Positions 26,451 through 39,140 of a DNA stretch of 64,000 nucleotides are shown one piece after another. The DNA comes from Ramazzottius varieornatus (lineage: Eukaryota; Animalia; Tardigrada): positions 2,443,620 to 2,507,619 of the forward strand of contig BDGG01000004.1 in NCBI GenBank assembly GCA_001949185.1. Direction: 5' to 3'. Within the stretch, counting starts at the first letter, position 1. Every line of letters starts with the position of its first letter. Both the position numbers and the translations under genes were made by a program. The notes below the pieces were generated by a model. It was given only the letters and a program-made list of their open reading frames with translations. It did not search any database and was not told the DNA's origin.

Positions 26451-28902
26451 TCACTTTTTGCTGAATATTTTTTTCATCGACGGGAACCTCTTTTTCTTTA
26501 CTTTGATGATGTCAATCCCGCCTTCACTGGAAATTTGCGAAGCTGCCAGCGAGACACCTGATGGACTTTGCTTCATATCTGGAATGCTAGGAACTGCCTT
26601 CATAGGGGACGAATTGGTCAACACACCGTCCATGTTGCTTGTCTTTCTTCCTTCATCGTAAATGGACTGAGTTGGAGTAGAGCTTTCCCTCCCGCTCAAC
26701 AAGATTGGCGCGACCGCGTCGAAACTTTGCTGTTTACTTGGCTTATCTGGATGTGGACGACGGTGCGAGCGACCGATAGCCGGCACATCGATAGGTAATG
26801 AATCGTAGGACCGAATGGAATTAGAATCTTCATTGTCGTATACGGAGGGAACCCGTCGTTCAGACGTGTACGAGGGAGCTGGGTAGCCAGGAAGACCCGC
26901 ATCGTGGTCGAGATCCATGTGGCTGCTTGCATACGAAGCTGACGCTCCGTGGCGTGCGGTGGCCCGCGGGCTCCTAACCTTTCCGTTGTTTCCCATTATG
27001 GCCAAACCTGTTAGTATCTCAATGCGACACCAACGAGCCGACCTTTCCGTGATGTCGTTTGATAGTTCAGTCAGTGCCTGCCTGCGAAACAGAACGAGAA
27101 ATCGGATCCTGTCGTACAACGCTCGTTCAATTAGTCAAAGAGTGTATTTAAATACCTGGCGGAGACAAGTCCGTCGTCCATAGTATTCAGCTGGGATCCA
27201 TGCGCGATTCGAAAAGCACCGAAAACCCCTTGTTGTTTCTTGTAAAGTTTCTCGCACTAAAAGACGAAACTCTTGTTAGCCTATCAACTCCCAAAAATCA
27301 AACAGAAGCCTAGTTCTCCTACCTCATCTCGTGCTCCGTGCAACTGTCGTTCCGCAGCAGCACGCTTCGCTTTGAAATTCTCCACTTCTAGGGCGTAGGT
27401 CTTTCTCAGTAGAATTTCCAACTCGATGGGCGGTGTCCATTGCCTTGTCTCGACGCGTTGTTCGGCTCGCTGCAGAGCATCGCGCAGGATAGCCAACTCC
27501 TCTTCCGCTTCCTGCAATCGGTTGTTGTCGCCGTATGCTCTTTTATCGGCTTCCTCTGTCGAATCCTCGCTTCCGCCACTGGACTTTCCCACTCTGTAAA
27601 GATCGCACAGCGCTCAATCAAATTTATTCTGCATTCAAATGCAGTACAGAAACGTTATGAAATGGTTTCTTAACTGAAAGCTAAGGAAAGTTCGAATACA
27701 GTTTCAATACTATACGTACTTTTCTTGTAGGCTGGAAAGCTGTCGCTCGAGCTGCTGAATGTTCTCAAGATCAGCCGATACTTGTCGCATCCGTGTTTCG
27801 TATTTCTTCTTCTGCATGTAGGCTAGCCATACTCCACAAGTAGCAATCCCGATGGATGCTAGCAGGATCCATTCCTTATACTGACCGAGAAAGTCCCCTG
27901 AGAACAAAACCGAGTAATGATGCTGACATGTCAAGACTTCAGTCTCAACTCTCTCAATGTAATCCCCCCAACTCGCTTACGTTTTGGGGCTCCGAAAAGA
28001 ACTGCGTCCGTTGCTTTCAGGGAGATCTTCCGCTTGTGTATAGGGTCTCGGATGCTAAGAACGGTCGTGATGAACTCGGGCGAATTCGAGGCCATTCTAC
28101 AATTAGAAGCGTATGAGAACATCCGTCGACGAGACCCAAGTGAAGAAGGGTAGGGTACCTGGGCATTTGCGATCCATCTACGTTATTCTGGCGAAACTGG
28201 ACTGCATATTGTGGTAGCTGCAAAAACGCAACCGATATGGACAACTTGCCCTTTGTATAGTTTAACAATGACTTACCTCAACATGTGCTGAAAGCCACTC
28301 AACAACCTGGAAACGAAGAAAATACAATACGTTGGCTTCCTCTACGGTAGACGTTTGTTTACAGGATTTTTGCGAAATCTTCTGGTACGCGAACCTGATC
28401 TACTGTCCAGTTATGCACTTCGCTCAATCGCCATGTGCCCCACAGCTCATCGACCGAAATCTGTGGGTCGTCGTGATGCAACCGAGACACACGATCTTTG
28501 CTCTTCCCTTTGACGTTGAGCTCATCGTGCAGGAACTGCAGAGACGTAATACATTCACCTTGTTAGTTGAATACTTCGATGGGCTCACGGACGGTGCAAA
28601 CTGCACTTACATCGACCGACTCCGCCACATCTATGTAGCCGCTGTCATCTTCGTCGAGCAACCCATGCAGGTACCGTAACGCTTCGTATTCAACGGTACC
28701 ATCTTTTCTTGGTGATGCTGCAGGTGTCTCGATAGTACTCTGAGCAAGAGCCGTACAAGATATACCTTGAACAACAGGGATGATTAACGATTTGCCCACA
28801 TCAAATCAAGGCCACGCAAGTTCAGATCTACAGTATCCGGCACGTACCTGCAAAGAGAGCCAGACCGGCTATATGCCTGACTATCCCCATCTGGAGAAGC
28901 AT
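26451..28902 (-). CDS. STIM1: Stromal interaction molecule (ER Ca2+ sensor), multi-exon
   Basis: Signal peptide; EF-hand LHGLLDEDDSGYIDVAES; SAM VHNWT..LPQYAVQFRQNNVDGSQMPR; KRKISLKATDAVLFGAP; a TM segment; AEEEL..RDALQRAE; CAD/SOAR region; polybasic C-terminus KVKKKRFPSMKKIFSKK*. Confidence 0.94.
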
Positions 28903-29422
28903 ATCTTCACGTTCCCTCCCGTCCTCGTCCCTGAGATCCTGTACAAGACGATAAAAGAAGGATTGCCGAAGGACATTCCAGGGCACAATTTTTCGAAGAT
29001 CATGACTTTGAGTCTATGACTGCTGACTGGAGGCTCAATCAACAATCAATATTCTCGGGCCCTCCCATCTGCTATGTGAACCAATAGTAGCTCCATATTT
29101 TCGCAATCTGGCTCTCTCGTGTATTTGCTTTTTCGGACTTTTTCCAAATTTCAATTTTTCAAACCTCCATTAAAGTTCCAACTTTCTTCGTTCCTCCTGA
29201 TTCCTGAAGAATCCTGGTTGCTGTTTCTGCAAGTCGGTTACGGCAAGCTGTCAGAGCGGAACCGGTTGGTACGGTCTTCCCGTTCAATGGGAACCTGGCC
29301 TGAGGAACTGAGCATCTGGACATACGGAACAGCATTAGCCTTGACGGTCAAAGTCTTCAATTCGGATTTCAGAATCCGGATCCAGTGTGACCGTCACTGC
29401 GCACTGCACGCTTGAAATCCTG

Positions 29423-32400
29423 ATGGCGGAACCACGTCGAATATCACTCATCTCCAGTACGCTGCCTGTCATGAGGGAGCCCGTCGCGACTACCTCTGCT
29501 GCAGCTGCCCCGTCGCCGAAGTCTGAGGATGTTCAGTTCATATCGCTTAGTTTTGATGTTGTTCAGCCTACTGAAGATACCCTTCCTGCCTATGACTTTG
29601 CTGAACAAATCTACGCTGCACAAAAGGAGATCGATGAGGACAACAAAGTTGGTCATGCAATTGGCACAAAACTGCTATTTTCATATCGCAGTTCGGGTGG
29701 TTAACTTTGAATGTTTGCAGGACGACAAAAAGCCTAGTAGCGTTCCCTTCGACGTGGACGATGAGGAAAAGCTGACGGATATGGCTAAACATTTTGAAAC
29801 AAAATACGTAAGAGACTGTGCACTTGCGAATTGAGAATTTTTAATTGTGGTCCGTTGAGTGTTAACTACAACATGGTTCTATGCAGGGAAGTAAGCCCAG
29901 AGATTTTCGGGATTTTGGGGCTGGATACGATCAGAATGATTCTTTCGTGGACGACACCAGTGTGGTAACTGGCACCTACTCCCTTCTTTTATCCGATGTT
30001 ACCATTCTGTAATCGAAGCCGTGTGTGTCGTATGCAGGTCGAGAAAGAGATACCGAGTGGCTGGACCACACAACATGGTGGCTTTTACATCGGAACGGGT
30101 CCATTACTCGTCCGGCCTCTGCAACCCGAGGAAGAGAAGACGCATGTATACCAGTCTGCCACTGTGGAACAGTGCCTGGCAGCGCTGAAGTCTTTCAGTG
30201 CATTGGGTTTCAAGAAGAGACGTGTCTTGGAGAGTTCGGATGATGAATCTTCTCCAAGCACATTGAAGGCTGTCAGCAAAAAGAAAGAGCTCGCGGTGAT
30301 CTCTGACGACGAAGCGGAACCTGTCTTGAAACCTCGCAAGAGTATCGCTGCAGGTGAGAAGCCACCCAAAGCGCACTCGAAGGCGGTATCGGAAGTTGGG
30401 ACCAAGAAGACCAGTTCCAAGACGGTCGCGTCTATTTTAGCTCGAAGAGGAGATAATATCGAAGAAAAGGAAATGCCAACCGATCTTCGGGTGCAGAAAG
30501 CGGACAAAATTCCAAAAGAGAAAGAAGTCGGAGGTAAGGCGGCAGCCACCAAGAAGGCGGACAAGGACGCCATTGGGGAAGCTAAGAGTCCTGGTGTCGT
30601 TGTGCCATTACCCGATGAAGTGCCGGAATCCACTCGCAGCGTTATCGAGGCTCTAAAGAATCTCGCTGACACTTGGGAGGGCGGAAAGTGCAACTTCTTC
30701 AGTCCGGAACAAAATCCGGCCATCAATGGTCTCTTACTTGAGTAAGTATGTAATTAACAGTTAGTTATTTCGCACACCTGCGTACACTTTGTCTGTTGAA
30801 AATCTTGGTTACATGCATGCAGGTGCCTGAGACATTTGTCTGGATTTTCCGTATTAGGATAGCGTACGTCGTATTTTACACTTTTACGTTATATTCTGAC
30901 TTTGGGATGTTGTTGTAGGCTGGAACATCAGTGTAGACAGTTTCGGTGCGGTTTGCGGTCCACCGTGTTCTCGCACATGGCTAATCACTTGCCGTGCTCC
31001 AAGGAGACGTTAGTCAAACGCGCTCGGAAACTCCGTCAAGATGATGTCGACGCAAAGTTTCGCAAGCTGTTGAAAAAACTGGGCAGTGGTGAGTTGATCA
31101 AACTATGCAGATCAGAGTCATTAATTTTTGATTTCGATTTGTTTGTCCACTACCATTGTTTTGTCTTAACGTAGTGTTGATGAGCGATGATAGAAACGGA
31201 TTTGATGCGGAGACAATGCAACTCAGGGCTCCCATCAGGTTTGTACTGCATATTCAAGTGGTCTTTCTTACCGTTATGTGTTCCGAGTTCCTGCTGGGGA
31301 GTTCAGATATCGATACTTGGGTTCTGATTTGCAGGAAGCTGATCGTCGAAGCCGTACGACTGAACATGTCCGTCCACGATCTGTACCGTACGAAATACCC
31401 GACTCACGAAGACTTCATTCGGCACATGGTCGAAGCAGACTTGCTACCCGTATGGAGAGACAAGCCAATTGAGAAGGAGCATGTACTGACGGAGGCCATC
31501 ATGGCTCTAGCCGATGCATTGCGACCGCGGTAATATGCCTGTGTTATTCTCCAACCTCTTTGCTGATACGGCGTAATTGGAATACATGAACTTCTGTCCG
31601 CCGTTTCGTTAGTTTTCTGATGATAAACAGGCTATGGCAAGATGGGATGAAAGTATGCTTTGTCTTACAGATCTCATCTGAGCGGATCAACTGCATCACC
31701 CGACTCCGAGCCAGATGTCGAGGATCCCGGCCAGTTATCCGTGCCGAACCAGAAACTTGTCCAGCCGGTAGGGAAGGCGTCGAAACCAGCCTCCAAAACT
31801 CACCGCAACAGCATGCCTGCGCCCTCCTTATTCTCCAACAAGGACAGCGACGTCAAGGTTCAGTACACTACCAAAACTGCCCTCCTCAAAGAGCCTGGTC
31901 GATCGTCCACTCCGAACTACAGTAACGGTGTACAGCCAGATAGTCTTCCAGGCAAATCATGCAGACCAGTATTCGTGCCCGACGTGACAGCTTCCAGCTC
32001 CAGAAAGTCCCAGGAGAATCCTAACGTGCTACCTAAACCGATTGGTCGTCCAGTCGCGTCCAAATCTCGCTCGTCCACACCTAACAGTGCCTCAACAAGC
32101 ACTACTAACAAACGTCCGTCTTCCAAGTCATCCATCGCATCACTTGAAGACAGCAACCAGTCAGGTAATACAGGAGACGGTACTACAGTAATAAAACCAG
32201 AACATTTTGATAGGAAAATGGGCGAATGGTGAGGTCGAAGAGCAATCATTTAGACCAGTACATTATGAGTACGGAAGTGAATTAAAATTCAACATGTTAC
32301 TAACCTTATTCTTGTTCTGGAAGGTCGCGCTAGCATTTCATCCTCGAAGACAACTTCGTCCAAAAGGACTCATTCAGGCAGTCGACAAGGTGATTACGCA

Positions 32401-32917
32401 CCTTCGGGCGACCCAAGAGTGTTGGAGTACCGTCAAAGTCCGTCTGCTTCAACGGTAGAGGAGCGAGAGCCTTCGACCAAGGCATATAAGGGCAGCAGAA
32501 GCTCAAAGAGTAAACCAAGCTCACAGTCGCCAGTTTCAGCTTCTCCCTTCCTTGGACCAGCGCATAGTCATACTTCTCCTTTCCTTCCTTACAATAACCC
32601 TAGTCTCATGGTGGGACAGTTTACACCGGAAAGCCTGTTTGCCATGGGACTTCATCCTGGTTATACTAACCCCTTTGCCGATTCATATGCCTCGGCGCTC
32701 ATGCAGAACGCAGGTTCGCAAACATCTTGCCTTCTTCTTACACTCAAAGCGCAACAGCAATCTTTGTCTTTTTTTATCCACCTTTAATATGACTTTCTCT
32801 CGGTTAGGTGTTTTCAGTACCGGTGGACTGGACCTCGGTCGACCCGCGCAGTCCGCGTCAACACTTCGAACGTCTTCCCGCACTGGCACGCATGATTCTG
32901 CGTTCAACCCGCGTTGA
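29423..32917 (+). CDS. UBN1: Ubinuclein / yemanuclein (HIRA complex H3.3 chaperone subunit), multi-exon
   Basis: N-terminus MAEPRRISL; HUN/HRD domain MAKHFETKYG..GAGYDQNDSFVDDT..TTQHGGFYIGTGPL; middle domain RSTVFSHMANHLPCSKETLVKRARKL; S/P/K-rich tail. Confidence 0.88.
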
Positions 32918-33454
32918 GTCTCAATGATCGTTCGCGTACCTTCCTCCGGGAACTTCCGACTGTCTATAGGCTGTTCTTCGTGAAGCAGTTCAACAGCAGC
33001 TGCTTCTCGGTAGCAGCTACAGTGCGTACGAGTGTTTATTTTCACCTCGTTTAAATTTTAGAATTAGGCGTTTCTGGCATAGTTTAAAGTTTTCTCTTCA
33101 GACGTACAAGTGGTGCCTCTTTTGTATGATCTCCCAAATACAGTAGTATGTAGTAATAGTGATGGTTCAGTCAGAATGTACTCAGTAAATATGTGGAATA
33201 AGTTGTTCGTTGACCAAACAAGGTAATCACTAACAACTAGATCGATAAAAACTGTCCAAGCCAGCAAACGCTTTTTGCGTAACAAGTCCAAATGATACTC
33301 CAGACCTTTAACAGTATCACCCGTAGCAAAAATTGATTTCCTTTAAGACATGGTTGCACTTTTGTTATTGCCATTGTATCAACGGTTTTCCCTCCTGGCG
33401 TTACTTCCATTCATCCCTCTGAGCTTCAAAGACGTTCGTCTTGGTACATGCTCA

Positions 33455-36400
33455 TTACGCAATGTTCGAGGTTTTAACTAAAGAAGCACCAAAGTGGCAA
33501 TCGTTCGGTTATGGTTTGTCACTGTTAGATTCTTTAAGTGTCAGGAACCTACCTTCGTAATGCTTGTTCTGGTACATGGTTGGACATCTATCACTGCCCT
33601 GAAAGGAAGACAGATGACTTCATTAAAAAAAAACAGCGATGGCAGGAAACTGACGGCGCAGAACGAACCCTTGCATGCTTCAAGTCGATATTCGTACGGA
33701 GTACTCGATGCTGTCCCACGGGCTTGACTTTTCGAAAATCTGCAAAACAAATAGCCTCTCCATGCGCCAGTTTTGAAGGAGGTAGACTTCAAAGAGGCAC
33801 GTTGACTCACTGTTTTCCATGAGCCCTCCTGGCGCCTCCTTTGGTCCTTTTCGAATTTTTCTTAGCGCATACAGCTAGGAAGAAACTACATAGTAATAGT
33901 CCACAACAGACTGTAGGCACTTTTATAAGATTTCACACCAATCTTGTACGACAGTGTGAAGATGGTTTACCTGTGCTTTGGTGATGTACAATGGCTTATT
34001 CATAACGAACCACTGAACGGTCTCCTGACATCCTGAAAAATAACAAGGAAATCTTCAAGTTCACGTCGAACGAGACCGCCCATAAAAAAGAGGTCTACTT
34101 TATGCACTCACCCGGTTTCGTCAGCGAGCCAGGATACGAAATATATGAAGTTGTGTTCGGGATGAAGTTTCGCAACGAAACGTCCTCTATTGTTATCCAT
34201 TTATCTAAAAATGACCGACAGCTTAATGTACAGCGCAATCGCGTTGCTTTTTGGCACAGTGAAAGTTACTATTTATTCTGTTCCTTACCTTTAAAAATAA
34301 CGTTCTCTAGTTTGGACAACAAATGTGAAAGCTCGGGAGTCGACGTTTGATCGCTAATTTGGAGCAATACGGATATGGCCAGCAATCCATGCGTGCCGAC
34401 TTCTGCTTGCGAAAGATTGCTGTATAGAGCATTGTTGAAGGCAAAGATTTGCAACTGAAGAAAACAGTAGTTTATTTGTAGTTTAAATATCTGCAAGTGT
34501 CTCCCACGAACCAACCTCGCCCGGGAAGGCTTGACCTCGAAGAAGATGCTCTGAGCCTTTCTTCTCACTGCTCCCCCAATGTAACTGAATTTCGTAGAAA
34601 CGGTAGGAATACTGGTCCGTATACGGACTGGATCCTTTGAAGGTGATATTTATGGGTTCGCCCTTGGAGTGTAGTGTGGAAAACAATATGGTGTGGCCAT
34701 TGTTAGTCAAGTTTCCCGTGACCTGCAAGATCCAGCGTCTTATCATCAAATAACGGCGTTACAGATCGTTAGACAAGGAAGTTAATGGTTCTCGTACTTT
34801 TTGTTGGTCAATCTGCAGATGCGGTAACTTTGGGTCAAAGAGGAGATGTTCTGGGTCAATATCGACCGGCGACTGGTATTTCCCTTTGGCACACAGGTGC
34901 CAATCTTGGTTGTACAGTCCCCAAATGTCAGGACCTGCAGAAATACAGAAAGAAACATCGTCCGCCGCACCCCATCATTTTCGCACAAGCACAATCGGGG
35001 ACCTCGTCCGAAAAATTTTTCTACTCTGCCCGTTTTCTGTCTTCTTAACAGAATTTTGCATAAGGGATGACTGTGGCTTGTCGCCTTCGTTCAATAAAGT
35101 TGTCTTCTGATGAAGTAATTGGTCTAAATCATTCATGCGTGACAGATAGCCTGAATACGAAATGAGATCTAATTAATACATGACTGTCCGTCGGAGTCAC
35201 ACTCGTTTGGGCGACTTGACCGAATAATCGATACACACAAACGTCCATAAACGAAACATCTCTCTTGTGCTATCTTAACACCCAACCAACCTGGGAGACT
35301 ATGATGATGGGACTTCTGCGAATGAATTGAACACGATCGTCATCGCAAGTTTGCTTTATTTTTTGCTGCAAGCGTGCGGCACTTGGAAAAACGATCATGT
35401 AAAACTCCTCTTTGCCGACGTCCCATATAACTTAACAGGCAACACGGGAGTTAAAATGAATGCCAAAATTTATTGTTTGTCTGAAATGCCAAAATTTATG
35501 GTTTGCTGAGCTATTGAGGAAACAGCATAAAAACTGGGCATTGAACGCGTAGACGATCAGATGGTGTCGAGTCTCTCGAGAGAGGTGACCTGTTCCACAT
35601 TGCTTCAGTTTATCAGAAAAACTCGTTCCGTTGACGAGTAGATTCAATAGTACCCTGCTCTTTTTGCATCTTAGTACTGACACAAGCCTGTTTTGTTTTT
35701 TCTTGCATTATCGACCGCCAAAAACACTGCCATCCCGTCCCTTCAGGCTTTAGTCGCCCTTGTGAACCCAGAATAGTTATCGGCAATTGTCGGCACAGAG
35801 TTCCTCGAACGGATACAGTTCGAACCGATGTTTACAGCACGGGACTTCATCCCTGAACGCCCTTCTGGGTAATTAAATGCGAAGCCTGCAGACCAAACGA
35901 TTTACTAATGCCCCGCAGTGGTCGCTCAATCAGAAGCTGACTGTTCTGTCTGCTGGTCACTATTATGGAACGCAAAGGAAGTAGGCAGGAAGAACTCGAC
36001 ATGTTTCCGGCACGAGGCGAGCATATGAATGTGTAAAGTATCCCATGTTATTAATGGTAGTGTATGCATACAAAGTAAAAATTACGGAATCCCTACCGTA
36101 TGCGGGATTGTGCTGCATAGCTGATAGAACTATATTCACGCCCTTTTTGCTAAGATGGCAACGTCCGCTGAAGAGGGATAGTGTTAAGCTGCTGGCAAGA
36201 TTACTGTTGGGGAAGGAAAGTGTTATTTGCTGGGATGGAGTTGCATTTGCAGAAAAGTCAATTAGACAAACTGAAAAGCTCTCCACTTCACAGCCAACGA
36301 CCACTCTGCTCTCTTACAAGCCTTTCTCTCTTCTGCATCGTTCTGGAAGATCGATATTGGTCATTCCCACATAATATATTCCTACCGAACGCCCAAGCAG

Positions 36401-38554
36401 CAAGCATGTTACAAGATAAAAAACCTAAACGACCAAATCGAGGTAATATATTATGAAATTTATTTTCTTATGGTGCTTGGGCACCATAAGAACCTAGACA
36501 GATGTCTCTGCTGGGCTACCATCTCTGATCTTTCCAGCAACTTCGCCACCAGCCAGGATGCAAATACCGCACCGCAAGGCAATATCCACATACAAGACTG
36601 TATTACAAGACCGCCATAACTTTTTGTCGAGAACCAAAGACTGTCGGGTTCCTCTTTAGGTCCAACAGTATCCCGCCGGAAAAGCAGGATCTGAGTAGGT
36701 GCGATTAGTCTACACAGCGACCTCCGCGGGTCTAATGGTTCGGGGTTAAAGACATCCCCGTTCTCACAAGCCAAACACTGAAAACTTTGTGTTGTTCCTC
36801 CCCTCACACGCCCTGGCAACGCCAGGCACGTGTCCAGCAAACAAATTGTGCTATGCTTGGTCAATCTATCAACTCTTGCTTGACCTCTGTCGGCGATAAT
36901 AAATTAAATATGCTGGAAGCCGATCAATCGAAACTAATCTACCGCATGCGGTGGACCACGTCCGAGCTGTTGATGTCGCTGCACAAACCGGTCTGTCTGC
37001 TCTATCCTATGGCACCAAAACTCAATCATCTCTCCAGACTATTCTCTGGACGCTCTCTGGACTAGCATTACTGGGGACAAGCAATTTGGCCCAGTTTCCG
37101 GAAGTACGGTCAAATTCATATGCCACAACCTCCTCGCCTTCTCACTGCCCACTCCCCAACGCCTATGCAATTGCAGATGGAAAAACTTTCTAGAGACTCG
37201 CATGAAGCCCAGTCTCTAAAAAATGGAGAAGGACTCCATCAGTACTACTTCTTCAATCTTCCACTATATTTTGAAGACCCACAGTTTTAGAATTAACGAA
37301 CGTAAATTTTAGCAGAGAGAGGCCGATACGTCGACTACACCGTGGAAAATAGTGGCGTGTTCAAATATCTGTTTTGTTTGAAGAACTCCGGGTAAACATC
37401 AGATCAATCTCTACAGTAATCGCTCTTTGCGACTTGTTTTGAATAGCGAGACTCTGCAGCAGCTGGACAAGTCGACACGGAAGCAGCACGGTAGTTTGAA
37501 ATCGATACGAAACTTGAAGCTTCGATGATCAGGGCGCACTGCAGTTCTGGTCTAAACCTCCTCAAGTTACGGTAGGATTAAATTAAAGACTGACTAATAA
37601 GAAGGGATTGTCACCAACGAAGCCAATCAAAAGGATAATTGGACGAAATTACCAGCTGCTCCTCGCCGAACGAACGTGGAACCTCCGGTCCTAGTGTTGA
37701 ACACTATGCAAAATGATAGTGCAACCTGACACGAGGCCGGTCATGCCTCCCGTAAGGCGGCACTGTTACTCAAGTGGATACATCCGGTTACCAAGAAGAC
37801 AGATTAACATGTCCACAAAACTTTAAACCCAACGTTGGTCAATTTGTGGAGGAAAACGTTTGGAAGGACCTACAGTACATCACATAATCTACACTTAACG
37901 AAAGGAAAGAACCATCTGTCGGTTCCCACGGTTGTTAGTCATTCTCAGCGAAAATATTCACTATAGATTTCGTATTCAATAAGGAAATCTTTTGTAGATT
38001 TTCGCAGCACAAATTTAGGAACTGTTAGTAGTAAGCAATTTAGTGACCTGATATTCCGTCGTAGGTCCACCATTCATCCCAGCTACCGAATGCTTGATCT
38101 GCAAAGGCAACAGAAGCGTTAGTTGTTCTATGTCATTTTGGGCGAGGCGCGAATGAAAGCACCTTGAAAGTCGAAACTACGGATACGACGTCGATCAGGC
38201 TATTAGAGGCATTGATTTCTATCGCAAACAAGCTTCGTCTGGTTTGAAAAACCTCCATCAACACGGAATTTGTGATTATCGACAAGGAAAAATCGTTAAG
38301 AGGGAGTTGTACCATCAAGCTTTTTTCTCCCTGCACTGATAGCTAATGTACACACAGACGATTGCTGTTCCTCTGGACAAAAGTTTATTCTATAGTCGCG
38401 TCACGGATCAGCGCTTACTAATCCTGTACAGAGCAATCGCCCCGTAATGCCAGACAGATTCTGTAGCCGAAACAGTTTTTAGAGAAATCGACCCACCGAA
38501 ACAAAGCCAGCAAAAAGCAACTGTCCAAGAGTGTTTCCAAATAGAGTCCGACAT
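33455..38554 (-). CDS. CA10: Acatalytic carbonic anhydrase-related protein (CA10/CA11-like CARP), secreted, multi-exon with a ~3 kb second intron
   Basis: Signal peptide then SWDEWWTYDGISGPDIWGLYNQDWHLCAKGKYQSPVDI..LLFDP; YEIQLHWGS..GSEH..FPGELQIFAFN (His94 and His119 positions are Gln); SYPGSLTKPGCQETVQW; MENNFRKV..RVLRTNID; CPTM. Confidence 0.9.
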
Positions 38555-39140
38555 TTTCAACGGCAGACCGCTCACAGCTTGCAGTCCGATCTTGGCCGTC
38601 GCTGTTGAAGACGCTCCATCCAAAGACCTGTCAACACAAAGATCGCGGATGAGCCGGCTATCAATTATGGACAACCAAAGGCGGAAAACCTCGAACTAAC
38701 GACAGGCAACCACAGTAGCTCGGGCTGTAACATTAGGATGTCGCTATGCTCAAATTTTTGCAAAAAGAACATGTTTACAGGTCCAGGAGCAAAGGAAGTT
38801 AATCCCTCTTGGACATAAACTTTAACGGGGAGGAGTTGCTATAGTCCAAACAACAGGTTTCGAGTTTGAACTGCCAATCATCTGCTCGAGCTATATACAT
38901 AGTCCAGACTCCAGACCTAAGTAAACTGCACCAGCTTAGCGGGCTGGGACATGTGTACATTCACTACATGTACAGTATCAGCCCATCAGTACCTTCCAGC
39001 TTTCCGAAAGAATTAGGAAGATTGGTTCTTGCGTACATAATTTTGACTGCGGGTATGGGATGAGTACCCATACGGTAAAAAAATACAATTTAAAAGACAT
39101 ACAACGAATCCCTGTTATTTGGTTACCTTCGTGTTAAGCT

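Noticed and set aside
30085-30726. 213-aa minus-strand ORF, and similar long antisense ORFs at 20250-20687, 22369-22845, 39119-39625 and 31917-32249
   Set aside because: These are shadows of coding exons on the opposite strand, with no independent motifs or splice structure.
33455-38554. Active carbonic anhydrase
   Set aside because: Two of the three Zn-binding His positions are Gln, which is normal for CA10/11-type CARPs and not novel.
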